In this document: positions 40,342-53,986 of the stretch, piece by piece
Layout: each line of letters starts with the position of its first letter
Numbering within the stretch: position 1 is the stretch's first letter
Assembly (NCBI RefSeq): GCF_006345805.1
Contig: NC_043000.1
Location: 10,168,001 to 10,232,000 of the forward strand
Direction: 5' to 3'
DNA length: 64,000 nt
Source: Octopus sinensis
Lineage: Eukaryota
Translations under genes and position numbers: made by a program
Notes under the pieces: model-generated
Database searches by the model: none
What the model saw: the letters and a program-made list of their open reading frames with translations, nothing else
Told to the model about the DNA's origin: nothing

Positions 40342-43225
40342 AGGGGAAATATCAATATTAAATGAACTAATATGTGGAAATGATGTAAGATCCAGAACAG
40401 GAAGAAAGATGAAGAGAAAATTTGGATCCTCACCAAGAGAAGAACTGATATCAATAAAAGAAACGCTGAAACAAAAAGTCCAAGCAAAAGCCCAAAGAAT
40501 ACGAAGATTTGAGAAGAGAAACAAGTTTTACAAGCAAAATAAGCTCTTCACATCCAATGCCAAAAAATTCTACAGAGAAATAGGGAAGGAGAAAGTAACC
40601 GTTAAAGACCCCCCTCTCATGGAAGAAGTTCAAAACTTTTGGAAAAGGATTTGGAGTGACAAGAAGACGTACAACATAAATGCAGACTGGATTATACAAA
40701 CTGAAGGATCCTACCAAAATTTACAACAACAAGCATGGGAAGACATCACAATAGCAGACCTAAGAAAGGCACTCACGAAGGCCTATAATTGGAAATCCCC
40801 CGGTAAAGATAGGGTGCCGAATTTCTGGCTTGCATCGCTCCCATGCGCACACGGTAAGCTAGTTCAGCTGCTCAATGGAATTATGAGGGACCCAAAGAAA
40901 ACACCTGAATGGTTAGCAAGTGGCATTACTTACCTACTCCCAAAGAATAACGAAACCAACCTTCCAAAAAACTATCGGCCTATAACCTGTCTATCCACCA
41001 CGTATAAAATCCTAACATCTATCCTGGCGGAGAAAACATATGCATTCATGGAGAAGAACGATATTTTCCCCATTGAACAAAAAGGGTGCCGCCGAGGCTC
41101 TTACGGATGCAAAGATCAACTGCTAATCAACCGTATGATCCTTGAGAACTGTCACAACAAGTGCAGAAATCTCAGCACTGCATGGATTGACTATAAAAAG
41201 GCCTTCGACAGTATACCGCATCCATGGATCTTGAGATCGCTGGACATCTTCAAAATTTCCCCTGTGATTTCAAACTTCCTGAAACACAATATGTCGTTAT
41301 GGAATACGAATCTCCAATTATACCACTCTAATGGAGTACTTGCCTCAGAAAATATAAACATCAACTGTGGAATTTTTCAAGGTGACTCACTTTCACCTTT
41401 AATATTCTGCATAGCCCTAATACCCCTTACAAGTGAATTAAACAGAACAGGGTATGGGTATAAAATTGCCAATAAAAAAATAAGCCATCTATTTTATATG
41501 GATGACATAAAACTTTATGGTAAAGACAATAATGAACTTGAAGGCCTATTGCGCACCGTGAAAGCATTCAGCGATGACATCGGGATGGAGTTTGGACTTG
41601 AGAAGTGTGCCAAGGCCACTTTCCAGAAAGGGAAAGTGAAGACCACAAATTCAGTCGTGTTAGATGTTGACACAGTCATAAGAGAGCTTGAGCAAGAACA
41701 AACATACAAATATTTAGGGATAAATGAAAGCTCTGGTATTCAGCATGCAAGCATGAAAGAGAAAATCAGGAAGGAATGTTATAGGGGAGTTCGTGCAGTC
41801 CTGAAATCTGAACTAAATGCACGTAACAAGGTATTAGCTATAAATTCCTTAGCAGTTCCAGTTGTTACTTATAGCTACAATGTGTTGAACTGGAATATGA
41901 GTGAAGTAAAGAATATAGATAGGAAAATACGCAAGCTGCTGAGTTGTAATAGGATGCACCACCCAAAGGCAGACGTAGATCGCCTTTACCTTCCCAGAGC
42001 CCAAGGAGGTCGAGGCCTGATCCAATTTGAACTAGCTTACAAAACAACCACAATTGGATTGGCCAAATATCACGAAATATCGAATGACTGGATGCTAAAG
42101 CTCGTGGAAAATCACGAGAGACGAAAGAAGCTTCATTCTATCATCAAGGAAAGCAAAAAATTTGCTATTGATCTCGTGCAGGATACCCAAACTGAACAAC
42201 CCGAGGGAAGTACGGCAACTATTGTTGCAAAGAAGGTGAAAATGATGGCAATGAAAAAAGCGCACGAGCAATTGGCTGATAGGTGGGAGGAGAAACCTCT
42301 GCACGGCAAATATGTGACCCGCAGCAAACAAGCTGATGTTGACCAGAAGCAAACCCATCAGTGGCTACGGAGCTCAGGGCTAAAAGCAGAGAGTGAAGGT
42401 TTCATCCTGGCTGCTCAAGATCAAAGCCTATTAACCCGGAACTACCAGGCCAATGTGATGAAAAATGGAGCAGACCCAAAATGCCGATTCTGCAACGACA
42501 TGATTGAAACAGTGGACCACCTAATCTCTGGATGTAAAGTCTTAGCACCAGTGGAGTATAAATTAAGACATGACAGAGTTGGCCAATATCTCCACTGGCT
42601 AATAAGTCGGCATTAAAATATCAAAACTGCCGACAAGTGGTATAATCACCACCCTGAGGCTGTAACTGAAGGAGAAAATGTAACCATTCTGTGGGACTTT
42701 CCAGTGCATACAGACCGAACCATCAAGGCCAATAAACCAGATATTGTTGTGAAAGACCAAAACAATAAAGTTTGCTTATTGATCGACATGAGCATCCCCT
42801 GTGATCATAATATCTCAGCGAAAGAGTTTGACAAGCTCAGAAAATATAAAGACCTACTCATTGAAATTGAGAAAAATGTGGCATCTCAAGGCAGTTACAA
42901 TACCAGTGATCGTAGGAGCACTAGGAATGATCAAGAAGGGAACCGAAAATTATATGAGAATGATCCCTGGCTTACCATCCCTGCAAGAAGTGCAAAAGAT
43001 TGTCTTAACTGGTACATCACACGTATTGAGAAGAGCATTGTCGATGTGAGAACTGTTGCTGCTCATGTATTTTAATTTAATTTAAAAAAAAAAAAAAAAA
43101 AATGAACGAACTATTGAGTTTGGTTTAATGGCCTACCAATGTATACTATGAGTTTCTTTGCCCTAGGAGTCGGGAAGACACTCGGCAAGAAATGGAAGCA
43201 AATTTGAAAGAAGAAAAAAAAAGTA
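40337..43225 (+). mobile_element. R4/Dong-like non-LTR retrotransposon (RT, CCHC, restriction-like endonuclease), 5'-truncated, near intact
   Basis: 759-aa ORF with RT motifs (NYRPITCL, GIFQGDSLSP, YMDD, YKYLG) and CRFC..ETVDHLISGC..RHD. After a TAA at 42614-42616 it continues to KPDIVV..IDMSIP..KLRKYKDL, with a +1 frameshift in the A run at 42872-42876. The 3' UTR is followed by (TAA)n, and (AAT)n lies at the 5' junction. Confidence 0.92.
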
Positions 43226-43458
43226 ATAAAAATAATAATAATAATAGTTGCAAATTTTGCCAGAAGGGCAACCATTTTTGTGGGGAGGGGATAAGTCGAT
43301 TACCTCGACCCCAGTGTTTCACTGGTACTTAATTTATCGACCTCGAAAGGATGAAAGGACAGTCGGCCTTGGCAGAATTTGAACTCAGAACGTCGCAACG
43401 GACGAAATATCGCTAAGCATTTCGTCTGGCGAGCTAACGATTCTGCCTGCTCGCCGCC

Positions 43459-43522
<64 letters not shown>

Positions 43523-43560
43523 TGATAATAATGATAATAATGATAATAATAATAAGAAGA

Positions 43561-43735
43561 AGAACTGTTGCTGCTCATGTATTTTAATTTAACTTAAAAA
43601 AAAAAAAAATGAACGAACTATTGAGTTTGGTTTAATGGCCTACCAATGTATACTATGAGTTTCTTTGCCCTAGGAGTCGGGAAGACACTCGGCAAGAAAT
43701 GGAAGCAAATTTGAAAGAAGAAAAAAAAAAATAAT
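43561..43735 (+). mobile_element. Solo 3' UTR copy of the same R4/Dong-like element
   Basis: Near-identical to 43049-43225 and flanked by (TAA)n on both sides. Confidence 0.88.
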
Positions 43736-44302
43736 AATAATGATGATGATCTGCTGCCAACCAGACATTTTTTCATATTGTTTTACATTATGAATATGTA
43801 TACGATGCAGTTACTAACTTGAAAATAAATAACTGCAACTAGTTCTCATTGGCATTTACGACGGAAACAAATAATTGTTATATAACAACTGAATGAATGT
43901 TTGCTTTGTTGATTTTCGTTTACTTTCGGTTTGTTTGCGTCTATTTTAATCAACTACATCCACAGGACCATGACTTATCAAGCAGTGTATCAGTATAGAT
44001 AGTTGATACATGTCCAACAAAGATGTGTAATTCGATTAACAACGATACACAGGGAATGTATCATATTTTTGTGAGGTTATTTATCAAAAAAGAAAGAAAA
44101 AAACTTAGTTTGGATGAGCTGTTGGGAAGATAATGGCAATTGTTTTGCAGCTATACACTTGCAAGGTCACACGAACACGCATACATTCATGAGCATATGT
44201 AAGCGCGTATAAATGTGTGTGTGTGCATATATATATATATATATAGATATATATATATATATATGTTTTTCTCTCCTTATATATATACATATATATATAT
44301 AT

Positions 44303-44432
44303 TCTCTCCTTGTTTCTTTCTGTGGAAGAGCGTAGGCTCGAAACGTTAAAGACTTTTTCAATTCCCGAACGTTATACTAATACAACTGTTTGTTTTCTAC
44401 ACCACCTGTCTTCGTCTTCTGTTTTTTTTTGT
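44303..44432 (+). mobile_element. Second copy of the short microsatellite-embedded element with hammerhead-like motif
   Basis: Reverse-complement match to 33293-33430. Motif ucuuu CUGUGGA A GAGC GUAG GCUC GAA ACGU U AAAGA at 44312-44353. Flanked by (TA)n. Confidence 0.6.
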
Positions 44433-44454
44433 GAATTCTCTCTATATATTATAT

Positions 44455-44514
<60 letters not shown>

Positions 44515-44519
44515 ATATA

Positions 44520-44568
<49 letters not shown>

Positions 44569-44752
44569 TATATATATATGTGTATATATATACACACACA
44601 CACACAGACATGCAAGAAGTAAATAGATACCTTTAATTTTCAAACTTTCTGATCTAAGCGTCTTGATATGTTTCCAGCGGTGTAGAATTTACAATGTAAT
44701 TATTCTTTTTCATTCCATGTGCCTTTATATTAAGCATTTGCGAAGAGTAGCC

Positions 44753-45140
44753 ATGCCACGCACAAAAAATTCAGCACAACTGTCAGATTTTCAAAGATGT
44801 CGTATTGTTGGGCAATCTAAGGCTGACTTAGCCAGCGAAAAATTGCTGAAAATCTTCAAATTCCTCTTGCTATTGTTAATAGAATTATAGTGCAATTCAA
44901 AAGCCAAGGAAAAGAATCAACAGATTCTTGTCCCAGCCAATCTGGACCCTCGGAAAGGAAGCTTCGCTGTTTGAAGAGAATTGTGGAAAACGAACCCCGT
45001 TCGAAGGCGTCTGACATTGCAAAATATCTAAGAAGTTAGTCCAAGAACGTGTGTTATGTATCTGCATAAGCTTGGGTATTATGGACGAGCAGCTAGAATA
45101 CCTTTCCTTCAACCAATTAATATTAAATAAAAGATTTTGA
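44753..45140 (+). mobile_element. Tc1/mariner transposase N-terminal pseudogene fragment
   Basis: With two frameshifts reads MPRTKNSAQLSDFQRCRIVG..LSQRKIAENLQIP..V.RII..R.LKRIVENEPR..SPRT..LHKLGYYGRAAR.PFL (paired HTH region). Confidence 0.75.
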
Positions 45141-46944
45141 AAATTAAAGGTGTCTATATACTTCCCGCATGTCTGAGTATATATGTACATATAAATGTAA
45201 CGCGCACGCGCACACATGCACTCACACATATTGGTACACACGCACTCGAAAGGTGTACATACAAGTGAACGCATTTAAAACCGGTCACTTACACTCGAAC
45301 ATGCAGGCATAAACACACGCAACATGCGAGCATGCACACACACATACACACACACGCACACACACACACACTCAAGCGTACACACACACACACACACACA
45401 CACACATGCAGTTAGACCTTTCATGTCTTGCTCTCTGTCTGCCTTTCTCGCTGTCTGTCATTCTTTCTTTTGTTTCTTTCTCCCTCTCTTTCTCCTCTCT
45501 CTTTCACACACAAAGATGGTCCTACGCGAAACGTTGGCCTTCTCTGCTTCTTCCCGACTTTATATTTATTCTGTTGTTTGAATTATTGTATTACTGGATG
45601 CTGACGCACACATCATAGACCCCTCAAATTCTAGTAAATTCTACTTGGCATAAAATACGTTTGTAGACTTGTCACATGCCGAAATATGGAAGAACATCGA
45701 CACTTGAAACCATATACGTAAAGCGCAATGCCCAACACGTACTTACAAACATCCATGTGGCTGTGTGGTAAATAGTTTGTTTACCAGCCACATGGTTCCG
45801 CGTTCGGTCCCACTGCGTGGCACCTTGGGCAAGTGTTTTCTACTATAGCTTCGGGTCGACCAAAGCCTTGTGAGTGGATTTGGCGAGGGCTTTCTAGATG
45901 TTTTTTTTTTCATGTTTTTGGGTTGTGTCTCTTTTACACTTTTACTTGTTTCAGTCATTTGGCTGTGGCCATGCTGTAAACCTAGTACATATTCTATCGG
46001 TCTCTTTTGCCGAACCGCTAAGTTACGGGGACGTAAACACACCAGCATCAGTTGTCAAGCGATGTTGGGGACAAACACAGACACACAGACACACACATAC
46101 ACATACATGTACATATATACGACGGGCTTCTTTCATTTTCCGTCTATCAAATCCACTCACAAGGTATTTGGTCGGCCCGAGGCTATAGTAGAAGGCACTT
46201 GCTCTAGGTGCCACGCAGTGGGACTGAACCCGGACCATGTGATTGGTAAGCAATCTAACTTAACACACAGCCACTTCTGGGAAGAATGTAACGAAAAATA
46301 ATTTCGTTTATATAATAGTCTCTCAATATTAGCGAAAGAATTAAGGCGGTGATCTGGCAGAACCGTTAGAACACCGGGCAAAATGCTTAGCGGCATTTGG
46401 TCCTGTTTTTACGCTCTGAGTTCAAATTCTGCCGAGGTAGACTTTGCCTTTCATCCATCCGAGGTCGATGAAATAAGTGCTAGTAGATCACTGAGGTCGA
46501 TGTAATCGACTTACGCCCTCTCCTGAAATTTGTGGCCTTGTGCCAAAAATTGGAAGCAATATCAGCGAAAGCATTTTCATGGTAGCCAGGGCAGTGTCAC
46601 AGAATAACAGTCATGAGCCACCCATGACGATAAATTCCATTGTCATGATAGATTGATTGAGAGTAATTATTAGTTCTCATTACAAACAGAGCAATCTTCC
46701 TGTCAGAACAGCAGCGTTGTGATAGTAATTGATGAGGTTTACTAACAAACTAATTGCCTTCGCGTTTCTGTCATAACTTATTACATCGGCGAAGGACGAA
46801 TCAACGCGGTAAAAATCTATGTGGGGTGCCTGTTTGAGATAACAGCTAGATTTCTTTTTTTATCAGAGTTTCGATAAAAACAAGTACTAGTTGAACACTG
46901 GGGTCCATGTAATCACCTTGCCACCCACCTAAAGTTTGAAGTCA

Positions 46945-46947
46945 TTC

Positions 46948-46979
<32 letters not shown>

Positions 46980-47245
46980 CTTCTTCTTCTTCTTCTTCTT
47001 CACCTCGTTCTTCTTCTTCTCTTCTCGTTCATCATCTTCTTCTTCTTCTTCATCTTCTTCTTCTTCTTCTTCTTCTTCTTCTTCTTCTTCTTCTTCTTCT
47101 TCTTCTTCCTTCTCCTTCTCCTTCTTCTCCTCCTTCTTCTCCTTCTTCTCCTTCTTCTCCTTCTTCTCCTCCTCTTTCTCCTCCTTCTTCTACTTCTTCT
47201 TCTTTTTTTCCTTTTCTTTTTCTAATTATTATTATTATTATTATT
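46945..47245. repeat. Compound (TTG)n-(TTC)n-(TTCTCC)n-(TTA)n repeat
   Basis: Direct inspection. Confidence 0.95.
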
Positions 47246-48318
47246 TTGCAAGCCAGTGATCTTGTTGAATATCAGCACGCTGGACAAAATGCTTAACTGC
47301 GTTTTATCCCTTTTTAAATTCAAATTCCGTCGGGATCGACTTTGCCTTTCATTCTTTCGGGATCGGTATAATAAGTACCAGTTTCATGCTGGGATTGATG
47401 CAATCGTCTAGCTCCTTCCTCAAAATTCCAGGCCATCTGCCTAAAGTAGAAATGGCTATTATTATTGTGAATATATCAACAAACTTTTCCATTATTTCTC
47501 AAATCAAGGGCGGTGGATTGACAAGATCGCTAGCACTCGGACCAAAGGCCTTGCTGTATATGGTTATGGCTGTATTTGGTTATGGTTCTGAGCTCAAGTT
47601 CGAACCCAGTTGGGATATGTTTGTTTTCTCTCTCTCTCTCTTTCTCCTGGTAGTATCCTACAATAGTTTCAGATTGTTGCTGGATGAAACAAGTAAATGA
47701 GTATATACATCTAAAAGGGAAAGAGAAATTTCGGACTTACTTATTTCAAGACAATATTGTTTGAAAATTGAAGAGAAGAAAGGTAGACCTTTGAAGTTAA
47801 AGTTGACCTAGCACATCAGATGTTCAATAAGAAAGCGATGAACTGTTGTGAAATAAATAGTTCAATATTGATTTTGATATTCTCAATATATTTACGTAAA
47901 AGTAGTCGATACCTATGGGTTTTGAAGCGAATGAAAAAGCAATATAGAGCAACTTTGTAAAGTTAAAGATAGGCATTAAGCTTATAAAGATTCTTTGGCA
48001 ATAAAAATGTTGATGTTTACCAATTATCAGGAGTGTGACTAGATATATCAATTCAAAATATAATAATTGAAGCATGAACAAGAAAAAAATGTAAGTGGTG
48101 CGAAAGTGAAGATTATACCTAGGATTTATCTGTGCTAAATATAAAAAAGACACATTCCAGCTATATATCCAGTTGGAATTTTTCCATAAATTGGTATTAT
48201 TCCAACCAGAATAGATCAGGCAACAAGCAATCTCTCTCTCTCTATATATATATATACATACACACACACACATATATATATACATACATACATATATATG
48301 TATGTATAAATATGTATC

Positions 48319-48359
<41 letters not shown>

Positions 48360-48558
48360 GTAAGTATGTATATATATAAAAATATACATATACATGTTCA
48401 TATACATATACAATCCCAGTGTGTACCTCCATACCAACCAAATTTGGAAACTTACGTATATATATATATATATATATATTGTATTGTTTTGACATCCTTT
48501 CTGTCTCGGGAGACAATGGAGTTGCGCATGAAGTAGTCTAGTCCGGCTTTTATATTTC

Positions 48559-48658
48559 NNNNNNNNNNNNNNNNNNNNNNNNNNNNNNNNNNNNNNNNNN
48601 NNNNNNNNNNNNNNNNNNNNNNNNNNNNNNNNNNNNNNNNNNNNNNNNNNNNNNNNNN
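48559..48658. other. Assembly gap (100 N)
   Basis: Run of N. Confidence 0.99.
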
Positions 48659-48930
48659 ACACTCACACGTACGCACGCACACACACATAATGCAAACGCA
48701 CACTTACATACACATTCATAAAGAACCGCATATACACATACACATATCTATCAGTAATATATATAAATCCTCTTTCTTTTCTTTCCTTTCCTGAGTGTCC
48801 AAATAACACTGTACTTATTCCACGTCTCACACGTTGTTTTTTTCTCGCTTGTTCATGTTTGGATTGACTATATATATTTGCATGTATGTATGTACATATG
48901 TTTGTATGTAATATATATATATATATATAT

Positions 48931-49307
48931 ATAGAATGGTTGTATACTGTCAATCTAACAAGAACGTGACAGTAGGGGGTACACCACCGCCGTATAGCCC
49001 TAGGAAGCATCGAACGCCTCCTGATAGCTTTGACACATTTTTTCCCTGTGTCCTTATATACATATACGAAGGGGAGACAAACACCCCCGGCTGCCGGAAC
49101 TGCATATAGGGACAACCGTGTTTCAGGACACCTAGATGCATTCCGGCAGCCGGGGGTGTTTTCTCCCCTTCGTATATGTATATAAGGACACAGGGAAAAA
49201 ATGTGTCAAAGCTATCAGGAGGCGTCGATGCTTCCTAGAGCTATACAGCGGTGGTGTACCCCCTACTGTCACGTTCTTGTTAGATTGACAGTATACAACC
49301 ATTCTAT
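48931..49307. mobile_element. Foldback/MITE-like element, about 180-bp inverted arms and about 20-nt loop
   Basis: atagaatggttgtatactgtcaatc.. pairs with ..gattgacagtatacaaccattctat across almost the whole length. Left flank is (TA)n. Confidence 0.85.
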
Positions 49308-49351
49308 CGCCCACCACCGTACATGTCTCTACGAGAGATTTAGAAATTAAA

Positions 49352-49384
<33 letters not shown>

Positions 49385-50808
49385 GTATGTGTGGGTTGTG
49401 TGTTGTGTGTGGTGGTGTATGTGTGTGTGTGTGTGGTGTGTGTGTGTGTATGTGTGTGAACATGCAATTATGTATGCTATCATCCAATGCACCGCAGTCA
49501 ACGTTCCGATCTGATCAAGGAAATTTTATTTCTGTTGGTTATTCAATTGCTGATAATATTTGTTGGTCGCCATTCCTGACAGAAAGTCTGTGTATGTATG
49601 CATATACAGCTATACATACATATATACACACACACGTACACGCACACACATATATTAACTAAATAAAAGAAACTAGATAGATAGATACACACACACATTA
49701 ACATACACATATAGATAAATTGATAGATAGATCGATAGATAGATAGACAGATAGAAGCATATTACAAGTAAAAACACGTTTATACATAGAGGAATACACG
49801 CATTTATTTATGTATAAATGAATATTGCGGTATTTCTATATATAAGACTGATATCTTTTAACTTGATTTAAAATTGTTTCGTACCTCATCACCCAATCGC
49901 AGCGACATACAGAGCTTTCTAATTCCAAATTGACTGTTAGCTTTGCAGAGATTTGATAATGATTAAGAAAAATGATTTCTTTTCACATATAACCTTTGTA
50001 TCTACCAATAAAATCAGTTTCTATTTATAGAATCTTGAAGGTTGTATATTTATAGGATATACAACCTTCACAACTTTGCAATTTTCCTATTTTCACTTTT
50101 CTTCAAAGAATTGGTCAATATCGTGTAGTTTTTTTTCTAAATAACGCCATATTAGATTCGGACGTTAACATTTCCCACGTCATCGGAAGTAAATTTGTTT
50201 CATTAACGCTTCTGATACAAGATTAAATTTTGCAAAAGATGTAAAAATCTTCGAAATAATTTCCATGAAATATTAGTAATATTTAGATTTGTAGAGTTAG
50301 AAAGAAAAGTTTGCACTAAATATGAACTTACACACTTAAACTCTCATCTCGTATTTGGAGCTGAAGTTTAATTTGGCATCAACGTGGAAGCCAAAGTTTT
50401 TGGATGAAATTTGGGTAGTGTTTGATATATACATACATGCATACGTACATACATACATACATACATACACATACATACATACATACATACATACATACAT
50501 ACATACATACATACATACATACATACATACGTACATACATACATACCAACAAGGAAAAAGTAGATTTCAAAATCATGACTATTTCTAATATAAAATACAA
50601 TCATAGAATACTTACATCTATTACCCAGAGTGCGCAGGCACACATAAACGCTGACGAACAGTGATTGGAAATTGGATAAAAGCATGTTCAATGCTACTAG
50701 GAAACTCCAGGAAAATAATATATGAATATTCGATACTTGCAATTTATATTATATATTTATAGGTATACATTTGTGTGTGTGTGTGTGTGAGTATATATAT
50801 ATATATAC

Positions 50809-52719
50809 CTCGCCACAAATATATATGTATATATGTGTGTGAGAGAGAAAGAGAGAGAGTGTGTATGTGTGTGTGTGTGTGTGTGTGTGTAAGACGGGCC
50901 TTCATACAGTTTCCGACTCTCCGACTCACTCATAAGACATTGGTCGACCCGAGGATATAGTAACAGACAGTTGCTGAAAGTGTTGGCGAGTGAGAGTGAG
51001 CCCGAAACCATGTGGTTGAAATGAGAGTTTCTTAACGACACAGCTATACCTGTGCATATCTATGGAATTTTGGCATAAGTATAGTTTGGTGTCTGTCCTC
51101 CCACGTCCTGAATTGGCTCATACCCTTTCTAAAAATTAATATTTTTTTTAATGAAATTCTTCGAGATACAATCTTGATTCTGTGGATTATATTAAGTTCA
51201 TAACGTTAAAAAATAATAATTTTGAAATAATTTTGTATAACTGCCCCTTCCAACCCGACTTTATTTCCTAAGACTCTCTAAATTGCATATTAAAATCTGA
51301 AAAAAGAAATTGTGAAAAATGTTGAAGTTATGGAAATTGCTCTGGAGTGAGTGAAAAAGATCCGAAAAGATCCAACCCGCGTCTGTCCCAAAATTATCTT
51401 TCATATTTTTTTCCTTTCTAAACTTTATTCACATAATCGTAAACTACACGTTCCAAAATGTATTTCTGAAAAACATCGATTAAAAATTACATTTTCAGAC
51501 AGTAATGACGAATTAATGGCTGAGATGGGGGTACCAAAATAAATCTAGGACGCAAACTTTTGTAACATGTAAATATCTGTGTATGTATGTATGTAGGTGT
51601 ATGCATGTATGTATGTATGTATGTATGATGTATGTATGTATGTATGTATGTATGTATGTATGTATGTATGTATGCATGCATGTATCTGTGTATGTATGTA
51701 CGTATGTATGTAGTTGAAATTTACAGAAAAACAACAGACGAAGACAGGAGTATAAACAACAAGCAGGTGCATTAATTTGACTCTCGGGAAAGTGAGAAAG
51801 TCTTTTATGTTCGAGCCTATGCTCTTCAACAGAAGGAACACGATGAAATAAACAGAGAGAGAATATAAAAAAAAACTTGTGGATTTAGCGATCAATCATG
51901 GCGACTGTATGTATGTATGTATGTATGTATGTATGTATGTATGTATGTATGTATGTATGTATGTATGTATGTATGTATGTATCTATGAAAATACATTAAA
52001 AGATTTGTTACGAAAATTTGCGTCCTAACTTTATTTCGGTACCCCCATCTCAGCCATTAATTCGTCATTACTGTCTGAAAATGTAATTTTTAATCGATAT
52101 TTTTCAGAAATACATTTTGGAACGCGTAGTTTACGATTATGTTAATAAAGTTTAGAAAGGAAAAAAAATATGAAAGACAATTTTGGGGACAGACGCGGGT
52201 GGGTCTTTTCGGATCTTTCTCACTCACTCCAGACCAATTTCCATAGCTTCAACATTTTTCACAATTTATTTTTCAGATTTTATTATATGCAATTTACGGA
52301 GTCTTAGGAAATAAAGTCGAGTTGGAAGGGGAAAATTATCCAAAATTCTTTCAAAATTAATATTTTTTAATGCTATGAACTTAATATAATCCACAGAATC
52401 GAAATTATATCTCTGAAGAATTTCATTAAAAACAAAAAATTAATTTTCAGAAAGGGTATGAGCCAATTCAGGACGTGGGAGGACACCTGACTATATTTAT
52501 GCCAAAATTCCGTAGATATGCACAGGTATAGCTGTGTCGTTAAGAAACTCGCATTTCAACCACATGGTTTCGGGTTCACCCTCACTCGCCAACACTTTCG
52601 GCAAGTGTCTGTTACTATATCCTCGAGTCGACCAATGTCTTATGAGTCAGTCTGGGAGTCGGAAACAGTATGGAGGCCCATTGTACACACACACACACAC
52701 ACACACGCACACACACACA

Positions 52720-52757
<38 letters not shown>

Positions 52758-52806
52758 CTCTCTCATACACACACACACATACATATACATATATATTGGT
52801 GGCGAG
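50809..52806. repeat. Long inverted duplication (arms 50809-51567 and 52006-52806)
   Basis: Continuous reverse-complement similarity that includes a SINE-B fragment and CA/CT microsatellites. The spacer is (TGTA)n plus a short element. Confidence 0.9.
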
Positions 52807-53275
52807 CTGGCAGAAACGTTAGCACGCCGGGCAAAATGCTTAGCAGAAACCCCTCTATGTTTAGCCTCCTCTGGGCAATAAAAAATAAGAATCGTTAGCA
52901 TGCCGGGGAAATTCTCAGCAGTATTTCGTCTGCCGTTACGTTCTGAGTTCAAATTCCGCCTAGGTCGACTTTATCTTTTATCTTTTCGAGGTCGGTAAAT
53001 TAAGTACCAGTTACGCACTGGGGTCAATGTAATCGACTTAATCCCTTTATCTGTCCTTGTTTCTTCCCTCTATGTTTAGCCCCTTGTGGGCAATAAAGAA
53101 ATAAAAGTCGTCAACATGCCGGGCAAAATGCCTAATGACATTTCGTCCGGTTCTTTATGTTCTGAACCAAAATTTTGCCGACGGCAACTTTGTCATTCAC
53201 CTTCGGGGTCGATTATACAATATAGCAGTTAAGTAGAAGGGTCGATGTAATGGACTTGTCCCTTCCTCTCAAAAC
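52797..53275 (+). mobile_element. Cluster of SINE family A copies and partial duplications
   Basis: ggtggcgagctggcagaaacg head, then repeated cgttagca.gccggg.aaa heads at about 52890 and 53105. Confidence 0.78.
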
Positions 53276-53937
53276 TGCGCGCGTTGAACCCTGTAACAGT
53301 CGGGCGTCCCGTTCATGGGAGTGTCGGGGTCTCGATCCCTTATACGCCATTGGACCTGAATAATCTACTTTATAAATCCTAAGGTTCACGACAAATTAAA
53401 ATTAAAAAGTTTAGCGTTGTTGTTGTACCTCAAATCAACCTTTCTGGAGCAGAGCTATGATTAAAGGCGTTCCTGTCATAACAATCCCATCTTTTGCACA
53501 TATACAACTTTTCTGGACAATGTCTATGTCTATCTTTGTTTAAGAGAGCAGGAAGTGTAATTTGAAGAGGAAGTTTTGATTGCTATTTTTAGCAGATCGA
53601 GCAAATGCGCAGAGACTTCCTTGCTGTCTTTTAGCTTGTATTGCAGTAGTATAATACTGTTTATATTTAATAACATTAACAGAAGCAAAAATGGTGGGTG
53701 GTATCATGGTATTATGCCAGGGAGAAGTTGATGTTGTTGTTGCTGCTGCTGCTGTTCTCGTTGCTGATGGATGATAGTTTATAAATCTAGATTTACACAT
53801 AAGGTGAATGACATTATTTCATATTAAGTTTTGAGGTTAATTTTATTTCCATCCCAGACAGAAGTTTTCATTTAGTGTTTCCATTAATGATAGTTCATTA
53901 CTTCAATGAGTATAAAACGACACTAAAACATGCACGA

Positions 53938-53986
<49 letters not shown>

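Noticed and set aside
45520-45545. AAGATGG..CGAAACGTT remnant resembling a Penelope hammerhead
   Set aside because: The 5' core and stems are too degraded to support a call.
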